Positions 1 through 7,502 of a stretch of DNA of 64,000 nucleotides are shown here, one piece after another. Position 1 is the first letter of the stretch, and every line of letters begins with the position of its first letter. The position numbers were made by a program, and so were the translations under genes. Source of the stretch: Labilithrix sp. (GTDB lineage: Bacteria > Myxococcota_A > Polyangia > Polyangiales > Polyangiaceae); the NCBI GenBank assembly GCA_026128965.1, contig JAHCIY010000002.1, positions 1,936,468-2,000,467 of the forward strand. The letters run 5' to 3'. Under the pieces are notes generated by a model. It worked only from the letters and a program-made list of their open reading frames with translations. It ran no database searches and was not told the origin of the DNA.

Positions 1-1497
1 GGCCGTGATCTGGAGGAGCAAGTTGCGTTCGGCGCCGGGGATGATCGTGTCGAAGACCTGCCCCGTCACGAGCGGGATGAGGGTGGAGAACGATCCGAGG
101 CCGAGGCCCACCACGAGCACGAACGCGACGTCGCGCCAGGCGCGCTTGCCGGAGAAGCGCAGCACGTCGAGCGGTCGGAGCGGGCGGTCCGGCATCGGCG
201 GATAGAACTGGTACGCCTGCGGGTGCACGCGCTCGGCGAGCTCCGCGGTCACCCGACGCGGGCCGCCGGCGCGCGCGTCGAAGAGCTCGTAGCCTCCCTT
301 CGCCGGCAGGAGCGCGATCGGGTTCAGCCGCTCGTCGTTCACCTCGTCGCCGTCGTCGAGCATGAAGCCGAGGAGCGGGCCCACGTCGTCCTCGTGCCAG
401 TCGCCCTCGAGCAGCACCCTGCGCGTGCGCACGCCGGTCATCTGCGCGATCGCGGTCTGGACGGCGCCGAGGCCCGCGCGCGCGGCCGGCCAGCGCGCGT
501 GGATCTCCGCCACGCCGAGGTAGGCCGCGATCTTCTCGGCGGCGTGCTCGAACGGGCGCGCGCTCCCCGACGTCGCGCCGAGGCGCTCGCCGCGCCCCAC
601 CGCCGCGAGCTGGCGGAGCGCGTCGGCGACGAGCTCGCCCTCGGCCTCGCGCGACGCGCCGTCGAGCGCCGCGCGCGCGGCCTCGGCGCCGGCGCGGCTC
701 TTCGCGAGCACCGACACGACGAACGCGTAGAACGCGTCGGCGAAGCTCGTGCTCCGATCGCGCGCGAGGAGCTCCACGCTCGTCGACGTCCGCGCCCCCG
801 TCATCCACGCGCCGCGCGACGAGAGCGGCGACGACAGCGCGCGCGACGACGCGGTCGCGCCCTCGCCGCCGACCACCCACGCGCTCTCGGTCAGCGGCCA
901 CTGCCGCGGCGCGTCTTCGTGCTCGGTCACGCGGACGGCGCCGAAGCGCTCCGGCGTGCTCGCGAGCGTGATCCAGACGAGGCCGCGCGCGGCGCGGAGC
1001 GGGTTCGCCTGCGGTCCGAGGACGAGGCCCGGCTCGACGGCGTCGCACCGCGTCGGCACCGGCGCGGCCGGGAGCATCGAGACGAGGTGCGTGATCCAGG
1101 CGTCGAAGGCGCCCTCGGCGGAGGCGCGCCGCGCCGGATCGGCCAGCGCCTCGACGAAGAGGCGCGACGGGATCCTGAGCACGGAGCCGCCGGGGGGACC
1201 GGTGAGGAGGAGCGCGGCGAGCTCGGTCGCGTTCGCGTCCGGCGCTCGCGCGAAGAGGAGCTGTCCCGGCGCGACGGAGCTCACGTACGCGCGGCGCCCG
1301 ACCGCGCGGCCGTCGCGCCATCCGACGCAGAAGAGCTGGTGGCCCGGCATCGTCGTGACGTAGACGTAGGCGGGATCGTCGAGGAGGAGCGGCTCGTCGC
1401 CCTCGACGCGGAGCTCGTCGCACGCCTCGCCGAAGAGCGCGCGCAGCGACGCGGCGACCTCCGGCTCCTCCTGGCTCGCGCGCGCGGTGTCGATCAT
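1..1497 (-). CDS. NHLM-type bacteriocin system ABC transporter, ATP-binding/permease protein. It has a large N-terminal domain of about 480 aa before the first transmembrane helix. Partial: the C-terminus lies beyond the window start.
   Basis: Its ATG at 1495-1497 overlaps the TGA of the upstream C39-ABC gene (ATGA). I translated the minus frame by hand: it begins MIDTARASQEEPEVAASLRALFGEACDELRVEGDEPLLLDDPAYVYVTTMPGHQLFCVG. Near the window start it reads ...WRDVAFVLVVGLGLGSFSTLIPLVTGQVFDTIIPGAERNLLLQITA, which looks like TM1 of an ABC exporter. There is no stop in this frame inside the window. This fits the second ABC gene of NHLM clusters (TIGR03797-like). Confidence 0.6.
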   Translation of the reverse strand, partial: MIDTARASQEEPEVAASLRALFGEACDELRVEGDEPLLLDDPAYVYVTTMPGHQLFCVGWRDGRAVGRRAYVSSVAPGQLLFARAPDANATELAALLLTGPPGGSVLRIPSRLFVEALADPARRASAEGAFDAWITHLVSMLPAAPVPTRCDAVEPGLVLGPQANPLRAARGLVWITLASTPERFGAVRVTEHEDAPRQWPLTESAWVVGGEGATASSRALSSPLSSRGAWMTGARTSTSVELLARDRSTSFADAFYAFVVSVLAKSRAGAEAARAALDGASREAEGELVADALRQLAAVGRGERLGATSGSARPFEHAAEKIAAYLGVAEIHARWPAARAGLGAVQTAIAQMTGVRTRRVLLEGDWHEDDVGPLLGFMLDDGDEVNDERLNPIALLPAKGGYELFDARAGGPRRVTAELAERVHPQAYQFYPPMPDRPLRPLDVLRFSGKRAWRDVAFVLVVGLGLGSFSTLIPLVTGQVFDTIIPGAERNLLLQITA

Positions 1498-3662
1498 GAG
1501 GTCGTGATCAGCTCGTGGTAGAGGCCGCCCTCGGCCATGAGCGCCTCGTGGGAGCCGCGCTGCACGGCGACGCCGCGATCGAGGACGATGATCTCGTCGG
1601 CGTCGCGGATCGTGGAGAGGCGGTGCGCGATGATGAGGCAGCTGCACCCGCGCCGGCGGAGGTTCGCGTCGACGCGCTGCTCGGTCTCGGGATCGAGCGC
1701 GCTCGTCGCCTCGTCGAGGACGACGATCGCCGGCTGGCGCACGAGCGCGCGCGCGATCTCGAGGCGCTGGCGCTGCCCGCCGCTGAAGTTCACCCCGCCC
1801 TCGAGGATCTTCCCGTCGTAGCCGCCGGGGAGCTTCGCGATGACGTCGTGGATGCACGCGTCCTTCGCCGCCTGCACGACGTCGGCCTCCGGGATCGTGT
1901 CGTCCCAGAGGGTGAGGTTCTCGCGGACGGTACCCTCGAACAACGTCACCTCTTGATCGACGATCGCGACCGACGTCGTGAGCGCGCTCCGCGGGAGCGC
2001 CTCGCGCGGCGTGCCGTCGAAGACGATCTCGCCGCTCCACGGCCGGTAGAGACCGCAGACGAGGCGCGCGACCGTCGACTTGCCGCTCCCGCTCCCGCCG
2101 ACGAGCGCGACGCGCTGTCCCGGCGAGAGGTGCAGCGTCAGCTCGCTCACGAGCGGCGGCGACAGCGGGAGGTAGCCGAAGGTGACGTCCTTCAGATCGA
2201 GCTCGCCGGTGAGGCGGCGCGTGTCCGCCTCCGTCGCGGCCGCGGCGAAGGTCGTGTCCTCCTCGTGCTCGAGGACGTCGTCGAGGCGCTCGAGATCGCC
2301 GCGGAGCTGCTGGAGCGACGCGCCGACGTGGGAGAGGCTCTCGATCGGCCCGAGGAAGCCGGCCATCAGCGTCTGGAAGGCGACGAGCATGCCGAGGCTC
2401 ATGTGGCCGTCCATCACCCGGAGCGCGCCGATCGAGAGGACGAGGAGCGTGCTCGCCTGCCCGACGAGGCCGGTCGTCGTGAGGAGGAGCTGATCGCGCC
2501 GCGCGAGGGCCTGCTGCGACGCGAGCAGCTTCGCGTGGTATCCCGCCCACTGCCCGAAGAACTCGGTCTCGGAGCCGGTCCCCTTGATCGTCTCGATCAT
2601 CTGGAGGCCGCCGGACGCGACGCCGTGGAGCTTGCCGTGGTGCTGCACGACCTGCCGGGAGAGGTCGGTGCGCGCGCGCTCGGCGCCGCGGAGCAGGAGG
2701 ATGTACGCCGCGGCGGTGGCGAAGCCGATGAGCGTCAGCCACGGATCGATGTACAGCATGAAGAGCGCGTAGAACGCGACGAGGACCAGATCGAGCGCGA
2801 TCCCGGAGACGCGCCCCGACAGCGTGTGCGCGACGGCGTCGTTCGCGCGGACGCGATCGGCGAGGTCACCTGCGGAGCGCGCGAGGTAGAAGTCGATCGG
2901 CAAGCGGAGCGCGTGCCAGAGGAACCCGGTCGCCATCTTCACGCCGAGGCGCGCGACGAGCTTGATGAGCGCGGTGCGCTGGAGGTACGTGAGGACGAGG
3001 CGGAGGAGCGCCGCCGCGCTCATCGCGAGGAGGATCGACGAGAGGAGGTCGACCTGCCCGCCGACGAGGACCTCGTCGACGAACACCATGCCGAAGACGG
3101 GGACGACGAGCCCGGGCACGAGGAGGCAGAGACCGGCGAGGGCGATGAAGGCGATCGCTTCGCGCGATCCCGCGAGCCGTCGCGCGAGCATCGCGAACAT
3201 CGAGGGCCGCCGCCCCTTCGGCCGGTACGCCTCCGTCGGCTTGAAGGAGAGGACGACGCCGGTGAAGGCCTGGTTGAACTCCTCGAGCGGGACGCTCGTC
3301 GGCCCCGCCGCGGGATCGTTCAGGTAGGCGCGGCGATCGTCGAAGCCCTCGACGACGAGGAAGTGGTTGAAGTTCCAGTGGACGATGACGGGGAGCGTGA
3401 GGTCGGTGACCTGGTGCGGCTCCTTTCGGTAGCCCTTCGCCTCGAGGTCGTATTTGCGCGCGGCCTTGATGACGTTGCTCGCCTTCGAGCCGTCGCGCGA
3501 GACGCCGCACTCCTCGCGCAGCTTCGAGAGCGGCACGAACGTGCCGTAGTGCTCGAGCACGATCGCGAGGCTCGCCGCGCCGCACTCGGTCGCCTCCATC
3601 TGGAGGCGCGTCGGCGTGCGGATGCGCTTCACCTTCTTCGGCTTCGGCGCCTCGGCGGTCAT
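1494..3662 (-). CDS. Bacteriocin/RiPP export ABC transporter with an N-terminal C39 peptidase domain (NHLM_micro_ABC1-like; peptidase, permease and ATPase in one protein)
   Basis: 722 aa, starting MTAEAPKPKKVKRIRTPTRLQMEATECGAASLAIVLEHYG, which contains the C39 catalytic Cys. It has six TM helices. Walker A is GGSGSGKST, the ABC signature is LSGGQRQRLEIARAL, and Walker B is IVVLDEATSALD. The true start is internal to track ORF 1494..5090, and the residues upstream of it are Arg/Ser junk. Confidence 0.9.
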   Translation of the reverse strand: MTAEAPKPKKVKRIRTPTRLQMEATECGAASLAIVLEHYGTFVPLSKLREECGVSRDGSKASNVIKAARKYDLEAKGYRKEPHQVTDLTLPVIVHWNFNHFLVVEGFDDRRAYLNDPAAGPTSVPLEEFNQAFTGVVLSFKPTEAYRPKGRRPSMFAMLARRLAGSREAIAFIALAGLCLLVPGLVVPVFGMVFVDEVLVGGQVDLLSSILLAMSAAALLRLVLTYLQRTALIKLVARLGVKMATGFLWHALRLPIDFYLARSAGDLADRVRANDAVAHTLSGRVSGIALDLVLVAFYALFMLYIDPWLTLIGFATAAAYILLLRGAERARTDLSRQVVQHHGKLHGVASGGLQMIETIKGTGSETEFFGQWAGYHAKLLASQQALARRDQLLLTTTGLVGQASTLLVLSIGALRVMDGHMSLGMLVAFQTLMAGFLGPIESLSHVGASLQQLRGDLERLDDVLEHEEDTTFAAAATEADTRRLTGELDLKDVTFGYLPLSPPLVSELTLHLSPGQRVALVGGSGSGKSTVARLVCGLYRPWSGEIVFDGTPREALPRSALTTSVAIVDQEVTLFEGTVRENLTLWDDTIPEADVVQAAKDACIHDVIAKLPGGYDGKILEGGVNFSGGQRQRLEIARALVRQPAIVVLDEATSALDPETEQRVDANLRRRGCSCLIIAHRLSTIRDADEIIVLDRGVAVQRGSHEALMAEGGLYHELITTS

Positions 3663-4642
3663 CAGCCCTCGTCGTCGAGCGCCGGGAACACGAGCGCGAT
3701 CGGCCGGCTGGCGCGCGTCACGACCGCCGCCTCGCAGCGCGTGCCGCTCGTCAGCGTCACCTCCGGTCCTTCCCCGTTCGACCAGCGGTACCCGCTCGGC
3801 GTCGCGCCGCGCTCGAGCTCGGCGCGCACCGCGATCGGCGCGCCGCCGGCGGCCTGGATGAACGCGTCGACGAGCTGCTCGTTGCGGAGCGCGCCCATCA
3901 TGCCCGACCGCGTCGACGGGTACTGCTCGACGGACCTCACCTTCCCGAGGAGGACGCCCGCGCGCTCCTTCTTCACGACCGACGGCGCGATCTCGACCTG
4001 CATCCCCGGACGGAGCGACTTGCCGACGTGGGAGTCGAAGTAGAGGAGCGCCTCGAGCTCCTGCCCCTCCGGCGTCGCGCGCTCGATCGTCGCGAGCGGC
4101 GTGCCCGGCGTCACGCGCTCGCCGGGGACGGCCCGCACCTCGAAGACGCGTCCGGCGGCGGCGGCGTAGAGCTTCGCGCCGGAGGTGCGCGTCTTCCTCA
4201 GGCGCTCTAGCTCCTCGCGCAGGCGATCGCGCCGCGCGCCGAGCGACGCCGTCACGGTCCCGGCGTCGACGTCGTGATCGAGCTCGTCGAGGCGGCGCGC
4301 GAGCCCTTCGATCTGTCGATCGAGCGCCGGCTGGGCGACCTGCGCGACGAGCTGTCCCTGCTTCACCTGATCGCCGGCGGAGACCTCGACGCTCACGAGC
4401 TCGCCCTCCGTCTCGGCGAGGACCTCCGAGAGCCCCGCGCCGCCGAGGAGGATCCCGCTCGCGTGGACCTTCGAGCGCACGCGCCCGAGCGAGCCCCACG
4501 CGATCGCGGTGGCGATGACGAGGGCGCAGCCGGCGAGCGCGAGCCACGCCTTCGCGTTGGTCACGCGCATCAGCGTGTGGAGCTGCTCGGGGGAGCTGAG
4601 GCGATCGAGGGCGGCCTTGCGAAAGAGCTTCGAGTCCGCCAT
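3662..4642 (-). CDS. HlyD-family membrane fusion / secretion protein (NHLM bacteriocin system secretion protein-like)
   Basis: 326 aa, starting MADSKLFRKAALDRLSSPEQL, which is the typical N-terminus of bacteriocin-type HlyD proteins. It has one TM helix and a coiled-coil region (LREELERLRK). Its stop overlaps the start of the ABC gene. Confidence 0.85.
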   Translation of the reverse strand: MADSKLFRKAALDRLSSPEQLHTLMRVTNAKAWLALAGCALVIATAIAWGSLGRVRSKVHASGILLGGAGLSEVLAETEGELVSVEVSAGDQVKQGQLVAQVAQPALDRQIEGLARRLDELDHDVDAGTVTASLGARRDRLREELERLRKTRTSGAKLYAAAAGRVFEVRAVPGERVTPGTPLATIERATPEGQELEALLYFDSHVGKSLRPGMQVEIAPSVVKKERAGVLLGKVRSVEQYPSTRSGMMGALRNEQLVDAFIQAAGGAPIAVRAELERGATPSGYRWSNGEGPEVTLTSGTRCEAAVVTRASRPIALVFPALDDEG

Positions 4643-4644
4643 CG

Positions 4645-5154
4645 CTAGCTCCCCCGCGCCTCTTGCACCTGGCGCGCGAGGGCGTTGAAGCGCGCGCCGG
4701 CGCGGTCGACGTTGTCGAGCACGCTGTCGTCGAGCTCGTCGTCGTAGGAGGCGTCGGTCGCGTTGCGGAGCCGGTCGGAGAGGAACGTCGCGACCGACTT
4801 GTAGAAGCGGAGCCCGAAGCCCGGGTTCTGCTCGAGCGCGCCGGCGAGGACACGCCGCGAGATGGCGTACACCACCGCGTCTCCGGCGGCGCTGACGGTG
4901 GCGCTCGGCGGCCGCGCGTCGACGAACGACATCTCGCCCGCGACCTCGCCCACGCCGAGGCGCGCGATCTCGCGCTTCGTCTTCCCCTGCTGCACGACGA
5001 GCTCGCCCTCGAGCACGATGTAGAGGCGCTCGACGGGCACGCCCTCGGTGATGAGCGCAGCGCCCTTCGCGACGCGCTCCTTGCGCCCATGCTTCGCGAG
5101 CCAGTCGACGTCGGCGTCGCTGAGCTGTCCGAAGATGAAGAGGACCTTCCGCAT
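4645..5154 (-). CDS. Cyclic-nucleotide-binding domain protein (bacteriocin-type transport-associated protein, cyc_nuc_ocin-like)
   Basis: 169 aa, starting MRKVLFIFGQLSDADVDWL. It contains the cNMP-binding signature GEVAGEMSFVDARPPSATVSAAGDAVV. Its stop lies 2 nt before the HlyD start. It is the first gene of the cassette. Confidence 0.8.
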   Translation of the reverse strand: MRKVLFIFGQLSDADVDWLAKHGRKERVAKGAALITEGVPVERLYIVLEGELVVQQGKTKREIARLGVGEVAGEMSFVDARPPSATVSAAGDAVVYAISRRVLAGALEQNPGFGLRFYKSVATFLSDRLRNATDASYDDELDDSVLDNVDRAGARFNALARQVQEARGS

Positions 5155-5337
5155 CGCGCGCCTGCCGCCCCTGTAAGGAGGGGCCTACAGTACAGGCTGC
5201 GCGTCGCGGCGTGTTACAAGAACGCGGCTCGCCGCGTCCTTTTTCGGACTGTATCGCGTGCGCGTCGGCGGGCGGGATATCCTGCGTCCGTGCCCGTTCA
5301 GGATCCGGTCAAGCTCTGGTGCCTTGGGGTCGGCGCG

Positions 5338-6858
5338 ATGCTCACGGAGGTGAACGGTCTCCGTCATGACGAGATCGGCGGATGGGCGCCGGGGCCGCGG
5401 GCGCGTGAGTGGTGCGCGAACGTCCTCTCCGACTCGTGGGGCGTCGCGGGGGAGAAGCAGTTCCACGAGATCGTCGACTGGCTCACGCGCACCGGCCACA
5501 GCGCGGAGGCGCGCTCGCAGATCGCGGGGCTCGGGCCGAACCCGCTCGCCGACTACCCGAAGCAGACCATCGTCCGCGCGCACCGGCAGCAGATCGAGCG
5601 GCAAGGCCTCCTCGCCTGGGACTGCGGGCGCCTCGCGTCGATCGTCGGGTGGGGCTTCCACGTCGGGTACCTCGACGAGAACGAGACGTGGCGCATCCTC
5701 CACGGCAACGCGCGGCGCGTGCAGCAGACCTACTCCGCCTGGCGCGAGCTCGGCGACGCCTACGTGATGGGCCGGATGTGGTGGGCGCAGGGCGCGACGA
5801 ACGAGAAGACGCGCAACGCGCACATCAACCTGATCGGGAGCCCGAATTCGCCGTGGAACCGGATGCCGTGGCAGCACCCGCTCGGCGACGCGCCCGCGCC
5901 CGCCGCGCCCGGAGCGTCGAGCAAGGCGACGGTCCGCTTCAAGCGCAGCGTGTGCCCGAGCTGCGGCGGCCACAAAACGCGGCCCTCGCAAACGGCTTAT
6001 GTGTATTGCGACTTCTGCGGGACCCTCGCCGACTACGACTTCCAGAAAGCGTGCGAGGTGCCGGCGAAGCAGCCGGGGCCGGCGTATCAGGAATTGAACG
6101 CGCGGCTCGGGCCGATGATGCAGCAGGCCAAGGCGACCGGCGACGTCAACGGATATCGCAACTTGCAGCGCCAGCTCTTTGCGATGTACATCGAGCAGCT
6201 CCCGAACGCGAACCCGCCGCGCGTGAGCGATCCCGAATACCGTAATCGCTACATCGAATACATGGCCGAGGGCGGCACCGTGACCGCGTTCGACCCGCAG
6301 GCGCTCGCGCTCGAGGCGGAGGTCACGCGCTCGATCGGTGCGCTCCAGTGGGCATTCCCGAAGCCCGGCGTCATGAAAGTAGCGGCCCACAGCTTCGGGC
6401 CGATGGCGAATGCCGTGTTCGCGCAGCAGGACTACATCGCGCGGCTCTACGAGTCGCGCGGCGTCTACGCGATGCACCCCGACCGCGCGCCGGGCGAGCT
6501 CCAGAAGCGGGTAGGGATATCCCTCTTCGTCCAGGGCTGGCTGCCGATGCTCGACGAGGCGTCGACGCAGGCCTTCCTCGAGCGCGCGGGGCTCAAGACC
6601 GAATACGTCGAGGTCGAGCCGGTGAAGGGCGATAAAGCAGATTGTGGGGGGTGCGGCAATCCGCTCGAGGTCCTCCCCGGCGCCAAGCGCTGCATCTGCG
6701 AGAAGTGCGGGCGCGGGCTCGAGGTCGCGGGGGAGCGCATCTCCTGCCGCGGCTGTGGCGCGCCGCTCGCGCCGACGGAGGGCTCGAGCACCGTGACGTG
6801 CCCGCACTGCAAGAACAGCTTCCAGCGCGTCCAGATGATCCAGCCGGGGTTCGGATGA
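5338..6858 (+). CDS. Hypothetical protein with a DUF1266-like N-terminal domain and two C-terminal Cys4 zinc-ribbon pairs
   Basis: The protein reads MLTEVNGLRHDEIGGW...LLAWDCGRLASIVGWGFHVGYLDENETWRILHGNARR, which is the DUF1266 (YbeR/YbeU-like) pattern LLAWDL..R...WGY..GYL. Zinc-ribbon Cys pairs are CPSCGG...CDFCG and CGGCGN...CICEKCG...CRGCG...CPHCK. An alternative in-frame GTG start at 5290 is possible. Confidence 0.6.
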   Translation: MLTEVNGLRHDEIGGWAPGPRAREWCANVLSDSWGVAGEKQFHEIVDWLTRTGHSAEARSQIAGLGPNPLADYPKQTIVRAHRQQIERQGLLAWDCGRLASIVGWGFHVGYLDENETWRILHGNARRVQQTYSAWRELGDAYVMGRMWWAQGATNEKTRNAHINLIGSPNSPWNRMPWQHPLGDAPAPAAPGASSKATVRFKRSVCPSCGGHKTRPSQTAYVYCDFCGTLADYDFQKACEVPAKQPGPAYQELNARLGPMMQQAKATGDVNGYRNLQRQLFAMYIEQLPNANPPRVSDPEYRNRYIEYMAEGGTVTAFDPQALALEAEVTRSIGALQWAFPKPGVMKVAAHSFGPMANAVFAQQDYIARLYESRGVYAMHPDRAPGELQKRVGISLFVQGWLPMLDEASTQAFLERAGLKTEYVEVEPVKGDKADCGGCGNPLEVLPGAKRCICEKCGRGLEVAGERISCRGCGAPLAPTEGSSTVTCPHCKNSFQRVQMIQPGFG

Positions 6859-7502
6859 AGAAGAGCACGAGACTTCGCGCCGCCGAGCCGGCCCCGGACG
6901 TCGACGACGTCGTCCGCCGGCTCGAGCGCCTCACGAAGAAGAAGAACGAGTCGTACCGTTTCGGCACCCGCCTCGCCGAAGAGCAGCTCCGCGCGTTCGA
7001 GGACGCGCACGGCGTCACGCTCCCGGAGGAGTACCGCGCCTTCCTCCAGGCCGCGGGCGAAGGCGCGTCGGGCCCCGACTACGGGCTCGTCACCCTCGCG
7101 CACGCGATCAAGGAGCGCGGCGAGACGATCTACGGCCTCGCCGATCCGTTCCCGATCCCCGCCTCGACCGCCGACCTCCTCGACTTCGCGGTCGGCGGCA
7201 TCCTCCCCGTCGCCTACGGCGGCTGCTCCTACTTCACCGGCATCGTCACGACCGGCCCCGCGCGCGGGACGATGTGGTTCAGCGTCGAGGCGCGCCCGGG
7301 CTGGGTGCCGTGCTGGAAGGGCGCGCTCCTCGGCGCGAACGGCAAGCCGTACGCCGCGCCCGCCGACGCCGATCCGTACCGCGCGACGTACGACGCCGCG
7401 CTCGATCCCGTGAACGAGAAGCTGCGCCTCGGCTTCGCGGGCTGGTACGCGGGGTGGCTCGAAGGCGAGGAGCGCAAGGTCCTCGCCGGGGGCCTGTCGT
7501 GA
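6855..7502 (+). CDS. SMI1/KNR4 (SUKH-1) family protein
   Basis: The protein reads MKKSTRLRAAEPAPDVDDVVRRLERLTKKKNESYRFGTRLAEEQLRAFEDAHGVTLPEEYRAFLQAAGEGASG. This is the SMI1_KNR4 hallmark (L..FE...G..LPEEY..FL). Its ATG overlaps the TGA of the upstream gene (ATGA). Confidence 0.75.
   Translation: MKKSTRLRAAEPAPDVDDVVRRLERLTKKKNESYRFGTRLAEEQLRAFEDAHGVTLPEEYRAFLQAAGEGASGPDYGLVTLAHAIKERGETIYGLADPFPIPASTADLLDFAVGGILPVAYGGCSYFTGIVTTGPARGTMWFSVEARPGWVPCWKGALLGANGKPYAAPADADPYRATYDAALDPVNEKLRLGFAGWYAGWLEGEERKVLAGGLS

Noticed and set aside
223-1521. A 432-aa plus-strand ORF and nested plus-strand ORFs covering the left edge
   Set aside because: The composition is Arg/Ala/Glu/Gly-dominated, which is typical of antisense frames in 70% GC DNA. 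It is exactly antiparallel to a minus-strand frame that translates into a credible ABC-transporter N-terminal domain and TM1. The same reasoning rejects most of the other long Arg/Ala-rich ORFs in the track. Examples are 1515..4043, 5185..6807, 7229..9211, 7975..10722, 10332..13610 upstream of position 11402, 14318..16465, 16674..20126, 20243..22201, 23459..24943, 37789..44934 and 45856..49353.
5338-5385. A possible double-glycine leader (MLTEVNGLRHDEIGG followed by W) at the N-terminus of the DUF1266-like protein, next to the C39 exporter
   Set aside because: The hydrophobic positions are out of register with the GG-leader consensus (hydrophobics expected at -4, -7 and -12). A ~500-aa multi-domain protein is not a plausible RiPP cargo. 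It is likely coincidental.
6835-6905. An apparent 1-nt discrepancy between my base-by-base reading and the provided ORF frames at the junction of the DUF1266-like and SMI1 genes (and similarly near 35712 and 50500)
   Set aside because: The cause is almost certainly my own character-counting error on the long sequence lines. I forced the coordinates of hand-refined starts to be frame-consistent with the supplied ORF track, so they may carry +/-1 nt uncertainty. I do not consider this a real frameshift.
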